NCBI GenBank assembly: GCA_905178155.1
Contig: CAJINV010000001.1
Coordinates: forward strand, 12,011,832 to 12,075,831
Length of the DNA stretch: 64,000 nt
Direction: 5' to 3'
Source: Amoebophrya sp. A120
Lineage: Eukaryota > Protista > Dinoflagellata
Below the pieces are notes generated by a model. It was not told the DNA's origin. It saw only the letters and a list, made by a program, of their open reading frames with translations, and did no database searches. The stretch's first letter is position 1. Each line of letters starts with the position of its first letter. Position numbers and translations under genes: made by a program. Positions 49,705 to 61,510 of the stretch are shown one piece after another.

Positions 49705-50691
49705 TTATTTCTTTCTCTTTTTAGCCGGTGCGGAGTGGCTGGGAGATGCTCCAGCAGCGTCTTTGAGCTGTATGGACTTCAGCAGACACGGGAGCGGGGT
49801 CGCTTTCGGATTAAGAAAGCACTCCGCTTCATAGTGCATCACGCTGTGCATCGTCTTCCAACCACCAATCTTCTGGACGGTTTCCCGGACCGTTCCACCG
49901 AGTAGGAGTGCCTGGGCGCCACCTTTTCGGAGTCCGTGGAGGCAGAGGAGGTCGCGACTGCGGCCTTCCGCAATGCGTTGCACCTTCGCCTTCCGGGTGA
50001 GGAACTTCCAGGTCGTGCGGTACTGCGCAACCGATAGCCGCGCGTCGCCGCCGTCCTTGGTGAGTCGTTGCGCGGCCTCGACCGGGCACACGACGGGGTT
50101 TGCTGGGTCCGCCACGAGTCGCACGGTTCGCCCGACCCCTTCTGGGTCCGTTTTCGTGCGATCTACTTCGAAGACAACCTCATGGCCGCCCTTGGTCTTC
50201 TCGACCCCGATGGTGGCGCGGACGAGCTCCTCGGGCCGCCACACAAGGCGGAACTGGCAGACCGCCATGTCAACGCAGGCCAACTCGTCCACGGTGGTGG
50301 CCGCCTTCTGCATGCTCTCGAGCATGCTCGCGGCGACCGGCTCGTAGCTCTCCGCCGCGCGGTCCCTCTTGAGGGCGTTGTTGATCAGCGTCGCGTAGGC
50401 CTGCTCCCCGAGGGAGAGCTCGTGATGCCGCAGCCGGTTCTCGGTGCGGACATGGGACACGTAGGCCGTCGCCGTGTTCGCGGCCATTTCCCCGGTGTGA
50501 ACCTTCACGCCCAGCCTGGCGGCAAAAAGCTCCAGGTTTGTAATCGACAGCGGGAAATCGACGAGGCCGCGAGCGGAGCACATCTGCTCATACTCCTGCA
50601 CCGCGGATGCCCTTGCGCTCGACGTCGCCTTCGCGTGCATCTGGCCCCGGAGCATGTCCAGGGCGGTGCCATCGTCGATCGCGTCCGACAT
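49705..50691 (-). CDS. Tyrosine recombinase (phage-integrase fold; DIRS/Ngaro/Crypton-type), 328 aa from the ATG at 50691
   Basis: Catalytic set R (VWRPEEL), K (RTKTDPEG), HxxR (HGLRKGGA), W (IGGWKT), Y (SVMHY); N-terminal core-binding-like domain (FPLS..LELFAA..ATAYVSHVR); C-terminal PAKKRKK; intronless and GC-rich. Confidence 0.9.
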   Translation of the reverse strand: MSDAIDDGTALDMLRGQMHAKATSSARASAVQEYEQMCSARGLVDFPLSITNLELFAARLGVKVHTGEMAANTATAYVSHVRTENRLRHHELSLGEQAYATLINNALKRDRAAESYEPVAASMLESMQKAATTVDELACVDMAVCQFRLVWRPEELVRATIGVEKTKGGHEVVFEVDRTKTDPEGVGRTVRLVADPANPVVCPVEAAQRLTKDGGDARLSVAQYRTTWKFLTRKAKVQRIAEGRSRDLLCLHGLRKGGAQALLLGGTVRETVQKIGGWKTMHSVMHYEAECFLNPKATPLPCLLKSIQLKDAAGASPSHSAPAKKRKK

Positions 50692-50874
50692 CTTTATCTC
50701 GTTCCGGGAGGGTGGGCGGGGAACGAGAAACCAAAAGGCCCGCACGTCGTTGCCCGGAGCGGTGTCGTCTCCGTTAGCTGGCAGCGCTTAGCCTCATTTT
50801 GCTATTGATAAAAGGGACGGACGCAAAATATCAATTAAAAATTGCAACCAACTAATTCACTTTTGGAGTGGAAA

Positions 50875-53800
50875 ATGTGCAGAAAATCGACCACCGGGTC
50901 TGGCTCTCGAGCGCGCCATCGTATGATGGTTGCCTCAATAGTTTTTGCGGGCTGCCGTGGGATCTTTTTCCAGAGCGGAATTTTTTTTGTCGACGCCGTC
51001 GCTTTCGTGGCTCCGCACAAGGTCAGCAAAAAGAGGTCGTCTACGGAAGGCGAGGAGCTCGCGACTCCGAAGACACGACCAATCGTCTGGGCGGACGTAA
51101 AGGAAGATGACGAAGAGGAACCAGCTCCAGTGCAACAGCCATCAAGCGTACAAGGAGTTCAGGCGTCGCAAGAGGAACGCACTTCATTTGCGCAACAAGG
51201 GCCTGCAAATAATAATAACGCAAATGCAGTATTTTTACCGACACCAGAAGCTGCAGCCACAGTTCCTCCCCCGCCCGCACCCTATGTGCGTTCGGCCGGC
51301 ACAGAAGGGCACGAATATGGACAGTGCGCGCTTCTGCATTGTAAGTACGCGGCAAAAGTAAGGGGGTGCAAAGACGGGGCAAACTGCGTGCGGTGCCATC
51401 TATGCCCGAGGGACGTTGGTAAACCGAGCACGTCGGAATCGTCGTGGTCCTGGAACAAATCAAAAAGGAGCTATGCGACAAGATGGTACAACAACGACCA
51501 GTGCGCCGGAGGACCATGCTGGGCTGCTGAGGGCGGTAGTCGAAACGTCAAGACCCGCGGGGGCCCAGCTGGAGGTGGTTCTGGTTCGTCCTCCTCCGGA
51601 AGTGGCGTTATGAGGGTCGATTGACCATAACCATTCAGCCCATTTAAGCCATTCGCAAAAAATGAAAAGCAAAACCGTAGGGGCTTGCTCTCCGGGGTCT
51701 TTTCCTGGGGGCAGGCTGGTTGCAAGTATAGACCTACCCCTCGGCGCTGCGGAGCCTGTCTTCCTCGTCCCCGAACTTCGGGGCGTGGTCTCGCGGCTAA
51801 GCGGCGGGCTCCGCGTCATGGCACGGCAAAATAACCGAAAATGACAAGGAGCCGAGCTGGAACGAGGGGACTTGTTGATGAACAATTACCGGCGTAGCTA
51901 CTTCGTTTTGACTAAATTCGGACCATTTTTCGTTGTTGCAAAGTTGCGCGCTTCGGGTCGTCTTTTCGATTTCGGCCGCCCGGCGCGGCGAGAGAATTTG
52001 TTGAGAGAGGAAAAAATGCAGCGCCTTTCAGGCCAGAAAAAAAAAAATCTAGCTCAAAGCGCGCGCTGGCCATTCGGGCCATTCGAGCCATTCGCGCGGG
52101 CCGCCAGGGAGCGGCCGGCGCACCGTTCAGGGGCAGTCCATTCGACCCATTCGCGCGCGCGAACGGCCCGAATGGGCTGAATGGATCGAATGGACCTAAC
52201 GGCCTGAATGGCTCGAGTTTTCGGTCCATTTAGGCCGGCCCGGTGGGCCGCTCGATCCATTCGGGCCCTGCGAATGGGCCGAATGGGTCGAGTGGCTCGA
52301 ATGGATTTCCGGTCGTTTTTCGAATGGATTGAATGGCCCGCGGCTGAACGGGCCCGCGCGCCGGCTGGGCCGGCCTAGTCCGAAGGCCTGGCAGTCTGGC
52401 CGGAAGCGCTGTGGTGGAGGGCCGGGCGCCTCGTTTGCGTCATATTTTTTTGCCTGCTGGCAGGATGACGGAATCGAAAATGCCATAGAAGCGGAGGGGA
52501 GCATTGGCTGGCGTAGCTGGCATCTTGCGCTGCGTGCGCGTGGGCCCTTTGCTCCGGCCGAGCCTCGGGTCGTCGTTTCGCCACCATCGCGTCTCGGCTT
52601 GGATTCGCGGGAGTTGTGCGAGGGGTGGCGCACCAGGTCCCAGGTGGAGATAATCTGGAGCAGCATTGCTGTCGGGCTCCGTGGAGATGAATGGCCGAAA
52701 TGTTCAGCAGTGCCACGACCGGGAACACAGATGGCGGAGAAGCTGGCCCCGCGACCATTCTGGCTCAAGTTGGTTTGCATGGAAATTTTTTTTTTTTTCT
52801 TCAATGGTCTAAATGGCTCGAATGGTTCTGGTTCGTCCTCTTCCGGAAGTGGTGCACAACGATTGTTCCCCACAGACAGCAGAAAAATCGGATTCGGATC
52901 GCTGGCCAGTCACCCGAGCAACAGGGCAGCTGTGGACCGAAAGGAGCGGAGTGATGCTGCAGACGCGACGCCTCCGAACGCGGACACTGCATCGACGAGG
53001 ACCAGTCTGCCTTCCAAGGGCTCGTTTTCTTCAATTTCGGAGTTGTACGATCCCGACCGAGCAGACCGGGCGTGGCAGAAGAAACAAGTGCGTCGTGGTG
53101 GTAATCGTGGCAGAGGAGGACGGGGGCGCGGTAGAGATAATCCGTGTGCAGAAGGAACAGAAGCCTCTTTGTCCGACGACGCCTCTCCCACTGAGGAACA
53201 ATGGCAAGAAGACCCTGCATTCCGGGAATCGGAATCGGCAATGCAAGCATTTCCGCCAGGCGACTTCGTTTCCGCAATGGAATCGGACGAAACTACTTTG
53301 CCAGTCTCGATGGTGTGGGTTGGTGCTGATGGCACTTGTGTTGTGTCTCCCGCCTCGCCCGGCGAATGCGAACAGTTCGGGTTTGCACTAACTAGTGCAC
53401 CAGAACAGATGCAAATGATGGAATCACAGTCGTGTTATTTCGTTCCGGCACAGACGAGCGGCGATATGCAGAACTGCTGGAGCCCGGCGGATTATGATCA
53501 AAGCGAAGAGTATGGTTCCATATCTTGCGCCGCTGTTCCTGTTGTTGTACCCGATGCGCCCTGCTATGCACTCGCAGATGCTGTGGCGCAAGGGGTTCAT
53601 GTTGACAAAGACTACTTGCAACGACAAAAGGAAGAGGAATGGAGCAAATTTGCTTTCCAGGGCGGCCCACAGTCCGGGCTGACAGGTGGGTGTTTTGTTC
53701 CGCCACCTCCGGTTCCGGTTGCGCAAGCGCGACGTGAAGGGGCGGACTCGGTGGGATTCATTTCTCAGCTTCCCTTTCGTCCGACAGAAGGTGCAGGGGC

Positions 53801-54944
53801 TCTTCCACCGTCACCCTTTTCGCCCGAGATATCGGGAGTAGTACCGGTCCTGCTACCATTCTACCAGTTTGATGAAACCGCTACTACTCCTACATACACA
53901 AGCCATCATGGGAGTATGACGGTCCCTGACGACTTGCGAGCAGAAGGAGCGTCGGAGCGACTTCGCGACACGAGATCTGCCACTGCCGGTACAGCTATGT
54001 CTTTACTTTTTTGATTTTAAAGTGGAAAAATTCGTACTCGTAGTCGAAACAAGGTTCTCGAGCACGCAAAAATAAAGTGGATTGATCCCACAAAAATCAT
54101 CATTGAACAGGCCACTCTGCTCTTGCTGAGCAAGTCAGCCCATCCCCCGAAGTCGGGCAGCCCAGTGACGAATCTTCTCTGGAGGCCCTATTTCCACCGT
54201 CAGCTTCTTCTGGTGCTTCTTCGACAACCGAGACGTTTCACCAGACGAGACAGTATTTTTTTCTTCAGTACCTTCGATCGAGACGACGGCTTTTGTATAA
54301 GTATACCTCCTAGAAGTAGAAGTTTGATATTTTTGTCAGTTGAAAAAAGCCACCTAGACACCGAAGCAAAAGTTGAATTTCGAAGTGCAAAATGTACTTA
54401 CAGCACGAGCTCATCTGACGGGGAAGAGGGTGACCTGGGTGTCCCTGGCACACCGAAAGGCATTTCTTTGCGGGCCTGGGCGGAGATCAACGGGGAGTCG
54501 ATGAGCAGACAAAGACAAGCTGTACAGCCCACCACCGGAAAAATGGCCAGCCAAGGACATGTGAGCGAGGCGATCACGTCAAAGCCTGGACGAGTTGCTC
54601 ACGACATAACGTGTGCTACTACTCGTGAAGATCATTCTAAGAGCGGGAGACCACGGCGCAAACAAGCCATCTTGCGGCGGACCCGAAGTGAGAGCCGTTT
54701 CGATCGGCAGCCACTCCGGCTGGAGAGTCGTGACGCCGAAGCGATCGAAGGCGCAGCGCAAGCAATCGCGGCTCCAGCAGAGAGTGGAGGATCGGTGCGC
54801 ACTAGCAGCCGGCGTGCGGACCGTAGAAGCGGTGGGTTGGGGGATCCGAATGCAGAAGACTCGGACTCCGGGTATGGTTCGCTCAGGGGTTACAATCTCA
54901 ACGTTATCCTGAAAATCGAGATCTCTACCGGAAATGCTGCATAA
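50875..54944 (+). CDS. CCCH-type zinc-finger protein interrupted by a 1247-bp insertion; exons ~50875-51605, 52853-53988, 54111-54252, 54404-54944
   Basis: HEYGQCALLHCKYAAKVRGCKDGANCVRCHLC motif; GSGSSSSGSG encoded on both sides of the insertion; GT-AG introns 53989-54110 (phase 1) and 54253-54403 (phase 2) join in frame; RGG stretch at ~53090-53135. Start codon uncertain. Confidence 0.65.
52068..52350. repeat. Inverted arrays of a ~9-bp unit CCATTCGnn / nnCGAATGG
   Basis: e.g. GGCCATTCGGGCCATTCGAGCCATTCG (from 52068), CCATTCGCGCGCGCGAACGG palindrome (~52147-52166), CGAATGGGCTGAATGGATCGAATGG, CGAATGGGCCGAATGGGTCGAGTGGCTCGAATGG. Confidence 0.9.
52749..52769 (+). other. Degenerate dinoflagellate spliced-leader (DinoSL) relic
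   Basis: CCGCGACCATTCTGGCTCAAG matches CCGTAGCCATTTTGGCTCAAG at 17/21 positions (14/15 at the 3' end); followed ~17 nt later by a T-tract. Confidence 0.55.
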
Positions 54945-57144
54945 GCATAAAATCTGTACCCGGTCCTCTCCCGACAGAAATTCCCATGCGACGTTCTCGA
55001 GCCCAAAACTACACTACAATCTGGCGTAATCAATGTGTATTGCGAAAATCGCAAAGCTCTAGGTTCTCACCTCCCGAAAATCCAGATTTCCTTCATAACG
55101 TTTGAGATTGTAACACTTGAGATCGTGATACCAGCATGGACACGGGAGACGAGCTCAAACCCGAAAACACATTGAACCCACACATGCCGGAGCTTCGAGA
55201 TCACATGCAAGTGCAAAGCATGACGTAACATGCGAGCATCACGAGCAAGAAGTTCTCTCTCTGCCTGGCCATCCGCTAAGAAAGTCAAAATTGCACCACC
55301 TCATATTTAGCAGGCTGAACAGAATTAAAAATCGCGGAATGTATAATTTCCGTATTACTCGTCGTCGTCGTCGTATAGTACAGCTGCGGTTGGATGTAGT
55401 TACTATTGGAACGGGACTAAAAAAATAAGGGATAAGCCAGACAAGAAGCTTGCCACAGTTGAAACCACCTGTCGCGCTACTTCGTTTATTAGTACTTGAA
55501 CGCGCTTTTTTTTTGTTTATAGTTTAAGTTCAAGTTGCGGAGTGGCCAACGTTACAGGATACGATAGTTTGCATGTGCGCAAGACGCATGTTGTGCGGCT
55601 GTATTGCGAAATTTCTACAAGGTGATGCGCACTTGCAGCTGTCGAAGCAATGGCAAAGGTCTATTTGCGCTATCTAAGCGCGATGAAGAAAGTCCATGTA
55701 GATATGGAACAGTGATGTAGTAGAGGTGTAAACACAGATAATCTCTTCGGAGCGACGGTTTCCGATAGAGAACCAGCCATATGATCACATCATAACCGCG
55801 CGGAACTGAAAGAAACTGTGAAAGACCACCCCCGCCCTGGTGCCACTGGATTTGCCTTCTTAAACGAATGGCCACGTTGACTTTCTATGTCTCACCGCTA
55901 GGTGGAGCTTTGCTGTTTTGCTTTTGTGGCGAGGGGCGGGTAGGGCGGACGATTGCAGCAATGCCGAGCAGAAGAATAGGTTTACTATGTTGATCTTGGT
56001 TGTGAGAATTACGAATTATCTTTGCGAAGTAGACAATGATGACACCAGAAATGACCGTCCGGCCGGCGCTGGCCGGGCGCAAAACAAATACTTTTTACTT
56101 ACGTACTTTTTTAATGAATTTTCTACGTGCAATTAATGAGCAGCGGCGCTTGTTTAATACGTGCTGACACGCAGAGGCAGAGGACTTGATACGCAAATTA
56201 TACCGATTCCGAGGCCGACAGACGTGCTTATAAAAATGAGAACGAGGAAGAGGGGTCTGACCTAATATCCATCTTCTAGTGCCACCACCGTACTTTGAAG
56301 AACATATGCCGCACTTTTGAGCTCGCACTTAATCTTGTTTTGATGTTTTGTGCCGGGAGATCACAAATCTCATCGCGTAGCAACACGAAAGACAAAGCTG
56401 CTGTCGCTTTTGATGCATGACCGATTCGTCGACGTATCTAGTGAACCGGATGCCAGGATGGATGTTAGGCTCATACATGATGATCATCGCACGGGAACTG
56501 CATAAAGAGGACTAGATATATAGTGAAAAGCACATAACGCGGAAGCATAAGAACCATCAAGCACCCAACTGTGACTTGCGATCAGAAGACTTCGACTTGC
56601 AAAAGCGTCTCCGCGAGTGGCAAGACTTCCAAAACGGAAACAAACATGAAGAACATTCGCTGCATCGTCCGAATCAATTGTATGAATAGATAAATCTGCA
56701 ACTACAAGCGACATTGTATGTGTTTCACGTCCATAACCATATCAGCTCTCCGCGCCACTCTTCTCACTGGATGCATTTTCCTCTAACTTTGATTATGTAT
56801 GATGTCCGTGTTCACTCCGCGTGAAGCTGGTTTTTCGGCCGAGAGAGCAAAGCACTGCGTTGATTCGAGAGCTGGTTTCATTGATATTTTTTGATCATGT
56901 CGTCGTTCTCGATCGGCTCGTGTTCGGCCGCTGTGTGTGACATAGATAGGCGCAATTTCCTCCTTCCTTTTCTACACCATTTCTATAAAAACAAATGGAA
57001 AACACAGCTCGTGTTTTATATTAACAGCTGAAATAAAAAAGATTAGATCTGTTTGATGTACCATCAGATACTACTCACCAAGTCGTTGTAAAAGTTGTTG
57101 CATTTATTGTTCAATTCCAGTTTTGTCGTTTACGACTACGAGAA

Positions 57145-59294
57145 ATGGAGCCGGGCAGTGAGTTGCGGGCGCGACGGCGCGGGCTTCGCGACATTTCTAA
57201 CACGCCTTCGGTGCCTGGAATCCAGACTCCGTTGCACGGCAAAAGTAGTCAGTTCGACACCCCAGCGAAAAAGCGACCGCGCATTGCGGCAGGGACGCCG
57301 GGGCCCAGTTACAATGTCCAACCGATGCGGAATGACAACCTCAAGAGCGGGTTTGCGAAGAAGCCGCCTGTGGCTGCAGATCCTGTCCTACCGCAACAAC
57401 CGGGACGGAGAGCGCTGGGAACGCCAGGCCCAAGCTACAACACGAATATCCAGAAGAACAACACTAACAATGTAGCCGCTGCTACGGCCTCCATGAATCA
57501 GCCGTACCCCGCCCCGCATGATAACTTGTCCAAGAACAGAGCTGATCAACAACAAGGGCAGCAGCTGCAGCAGCCGCCCGCGTCTTTTCAGCCGCGATTG
57601 CAAGAGCCCGTCGTGCCGGTAGTGCCGTCGAGTTCCTCCTTTTCGAAGCTGGTGGCCGCAAAGCAGGCTGAAAATCCGTTCTGCATCACAACCGGCTCGT
57701 CTTCACAAATTCGGCAACCGCTGCAGAGTGGTGTAGCACCGTTTCTTCACACGAACACAAATAGCACATCTGGGGCTGGACTGTCTTTTGCCGACCGGTT
57801 AGTGCAACAGCGTGAAGCACAAAAATCTGCTCGGGGCGCTAACCCGGCAACCCCGCCACGAAACAGCAACAAAGTTTTCGCCAAGATTGATGAGCCCCAG
57901 CGGAAACCTGGAACGCCGGGTCCAAGCTACCGATGCGCGTCGCCGGGAGGAAAAGTGAAAGCTGGGAGTGGAACGCCTGCCTTTGGCAATCGCGGGGGCA
58001 CGCAACCGACGTTGCGAGACCGAGTGATCGCGGTACGTATAAATGATATAACTTTTCTGCATGATGTTAATGCACCTAACCAGTCTACATCACTTGCGCT
58101 TGCCTGCGTCTTGTGGATGTCCCCGCGGCACGCAAAGATGAAAAGTGCTTGTTTTTCAGGATTCGAAAACTATCAATCAACATTTCCATTGAGGTTGCAT
58201 CAGGAACCAAATTGGAATCGAAGGTGGATGTGTGGAAGACTTCTTCATCCTCTGACTTCCGGTTTGCACCGGACCAATCGAACGCCGTACGGTTTGCTCC
58301 TTCATCTGCGGGTTTTCCTGGACTAGCACCAGCACCGGGTAAGACTACAGCTGCTGCCGCAGTGCAACCACACGAGAAACGGCCAGTCAACCACGTAGTA
58401 GCCCAAGAAGTCCCCGGTCTGCTGGCGCACCACACGCCCGGTCGCTATGCTGGCCTAGTCGAGCATCCACATCCGGGTCTCGCGCTGCAGCCACAGCAAC
58501 TCGTGCTGCCGAAACGGCACGAGCAGCGCAACATTGGTGCGGCTTCTGGCCTTGTCCAGTCCGCAAAAGAACAAGTTCCAGAGCCTAGACACAAGAACTC
58601 TCGCGCCGCCGGCCCAGGAGGGCCCGCTGCAGCACCGACGAGCAGCACGCCATTCAGTCCCTTCAGTGCCGTGCAAGAAGTGGAGGAGCCGGTTTTTACG
58701 TTTTCCTCGGAGGAGGATGAAGACGAGGTCAAGCTCCGGAACACCGGCCGCGCGTACGAAGGTACCGGAAGCAAGAAGTACATGAAGGCGATGAAAACGA
58801 CTGACATGCAGCGAAGTGTTCACTTCGCAAACACGTTTGAGAGCAAGGAGTTTCTGGTGCAAGAAGAGGAACCTCTTTTTGCGGACGACGGAGATATTAA
58901 AGATGGTCCGATTCAAACCTTCACTGACAATCGCACGGAAGACGAGAAGCGCGAAGCCGCTCTAGGGCGACCACTCATTCCGGCTGTGGACCTGACCGGC
59001 TTGGAAAAGCGGCGTCTGTCGCAGGTCCTGGGCAAGCTCTTCCCGAACGATCCAGCGAGCCCGGACTTCGCGTTCCAATCTCCCGTGGGCAGGACTCACA
59101 AGAAAAGCCGGTCATCTGCAGCGCACCCGCAGGGCGGGGAGGCTGTGCGTCGTCCGGGGGAAATGAATTTGTTTTTGGCGTCGAATGGGCACCAGCAATC
59201 GCTGCAGATCCCGTCACCGAGATTCATCGACGACGACGGTGAGGAGGAAAATTTCGCAAACTTGAACTTCGAGCGCTCACCCGCCCTTTTCTAG
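57145..59294 (+). CDS. Hypothetical Pro/Gln-rich protein with three GTPGPSY repeats; exons 57145-58032, ~58194-59294
   Basis: Two overlapping 393-aa ORFs joined by donor GTACGT at 58033 and an in-phase AG at 58193 (acceptor less certain). Confidence 0.65.
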
Positions 59295-60159
59295 GATGAG
59301 GGCGGGAATCAAACGACAGATAGTACTGTCTGATGCAGTTGTTGCAGGCACAAAAAAAAATTATGCACTTTGCTTCAGGATCCAGAATCAATATCAAAAC
59401 ACGTGTCCACCTTGGGACTCTATTAACGCTGAACTGATAGACTGTATTTCTCTGATTCCTTCTGAAAACCAAACCGTGAAGGCCGTCTCGGTCTCCTACA
59501 GACAGCTAAGTATGCTCGCCAGCATGGCTTATGGGCTCGTCCAACGTGCGAGTAGGACACAGACGAATCAGCCTCAGCGACTCAGTCTCACTCCTGTGTT
59601 TGCTGAGCTTCCTCGTCAAAACATGTTCCCACGTCCTCGACTTGCTATTTGCTTCAGTCTTATGAGCCGCGTGCGCATGAAAATGGATTGGTGTTAATTA
59701 TGATAGAGGAGCCTTAATATTAGAGGAACTTTGTGTTGAGCGTGAGCTTTCTTATCTAAAATGCGAAGAAAAGGAAAGTGGCACTCCGGCTGTCCGGGGT
59801 TTCAGGCTACTTCGGTTTTCTTGCGGCTAAGTGAAGCATGCACAGCGTAAAAGCTGCTACGCATCTGCAGCACGGAGAGTGCGAGTGTGAACTAATTCTG
59901 GGCGAGTTGCTGACGTCTCAGGGGTTTATGCATTATGGCAATGTTGGCGCCGAGGCGTCGCTGACTTACTCGCGAGTCTGCTCCAAAAAATTCGCGATTA
60001 GTGATAGCTAGCGCTATTCATAGGTAGTTGCCTATCTTCTCGGTACGGTCGAAAGACTGGTTCTGAAAGCATTGGTGCCGCAGCAGGTCAAACTACGTCT
60101 TTCCGCTCTCGCTTCTCTTGCTCTGTGCTTTGTCTTCTGGAGGAAGGCGGCTCCTCGCG

Positions 60160-61212
60160 ATGTCGCGAAGTGTCGAGCATCCTGGTGCGCTGGTGACGAG
60201 GCGCCGACCGCTGCTGCTACAACTCGCCTTTACGGTCGCTGCACTGGGGAACGTTGTGCTAGATGCGGACACGGCAGACCGGTATTCGCCCGAGAGTCAT
60301 GATTCGGCCGGTTCGGATCGCGCGCGGCCGAAAAGAGCAACGAGGGGGGGGGACGGAAGTCCATCCCGGCCGTGTTTACGCACCCTCCGCCAAGCTCTTT
60401 ATATCCAAATGGAAAATTTGCTACGCGGCGGAAACTCTACTTCCAGCGGTTTCCACGAAGGTACTTATGTACGGTGTGAGCACCTCCTCCTACTTATTCT
60501 CTTTCTGCGGTGCTTCTTTTTCACTTGTTGGATTTGCTGCTACCACACTGCTAGAGTTTTAGCAAGAGAGTTTCCTGCCGCCTCCCCCGATGGTAATATT
60601 TATGGCTTTCGTTAAGTTTTTTATATCGTGATCTTCATCGTAAAAATGGCCACGCAGTTGTACTCCCTTCAAGTTGAAGAATTTTAAAAGAGGTTGTTGA
60701 GCATATACTAGTAAACTTCTCCCATTCATCATTTCGATTTCCCAATAAGGTACGCAAGTTTTGCAGATGTCAGTGTGAAGAACGCGGCTGGCGGAAGGTG
60801 GAAGGACAAGAGCCCCCGTTTGCCTGTTTCGACCCAGCGGCTTCTCAAAGAGGCGGATGCATTGGCTGCCACGCGCTCAATCGCGAGGCAGGCCCATGCG
60901 GTTGCGGACGGCATGGCCGACAGAATCCAAGTAGACTACAATTTGACGGAGTACGAGGTTGTAGTGATGACGCGGACTTTCTCCTTGACCGGGAACGTTT
61001 TTTTCCTGAACAATTTCCTGTACTCTCCCGATCGCTCGTTTTTGCAAGCGTTCAAATTTTTCGACGTCGACCGCAGTGGCGACGTGGACGTTACGACGGA
61101 GTGGGCATCGCGCGGTTGTCCGCTTGACACGGACCGGAACGGCGATGGTCGAGTCGACGACAACGAATTCCAGCAGTTTTGCTCCGTGCCAGATGCGCCT
61201 ATGCAAATGTAG
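60160..61212 (+). CDS. Secreted or membrane EF-hand protein; exons 60160-60460, 60767-61212
   Basis: Hydrophobic N-terminus; phase-1 GT-AG intron 60461-60766; EF loops DVDRSGDVDVTTE and DRNGDGRVDDNEF. Confidence 0.7.
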
Positions 61213-61510
61213 CAAATGCTTGCGTCTCGGTCTGGAAGTAGGGATTTTCAGCAGAAGAAAATTGGAGTGCTGGGCGCGTTGCAGTTTCCTAGCAACTGAA
61301 ATACGGATACGCAGTGTGACTGGGCGAAAATACCACGTATGCTGCTGATGCAGAGTAAGAGCTAGAAGGGTTGGTGTGCAAAACGAAGCGCCTTTTGCGT
61401 TTGTAGTAATGCGCAGCAAACAAGAGCTCGTACTCAACCTCAATCAAGCCCATGTCCTTGAGTTTTGCATTTTGCAATGAATTTATCCAATTTTCGAGAC
61501 TCAGTCTCAG

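Larger units (their letters stand above)
51576..52852. mobile_element. Foldback-like insertion bounded by 30-bp direct repeats, with imperfect TIRs
   Basis: TGGTTCTGGTTCGTCCTC[C/T]TCCGGAAGTGG at 51576-51605 and 52823-52852 (29/30). ACCATAACCATTCAGCCCATTTAAGCCATTCGCAAAAAA (~51624-51662) is an imperfect inverted copy of ~52790-52832. Confidence 0.8.

Noticed and set aside
52068-52350. CRISPR-like array
   Set aside because: Units are ~9 bp, occur in both orientations and have no unique spacers of regular length; no cas genes; eukaryotic context.
52329-52822. N-terminal part of the 561-aa ORF as real coding sequence
   Set aside because: It lies inside the repeat-bounded insertion (poly-Phe from the T-tract, NG repeats from the iterons); coding sequence more plausibly resumes at the direct repeat.
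60458-60753. AAGGTAC direct repeat as intron boundaries
   Set aside because: The 289-nt offset breaks the frame; the AG at 60766 keeps it.
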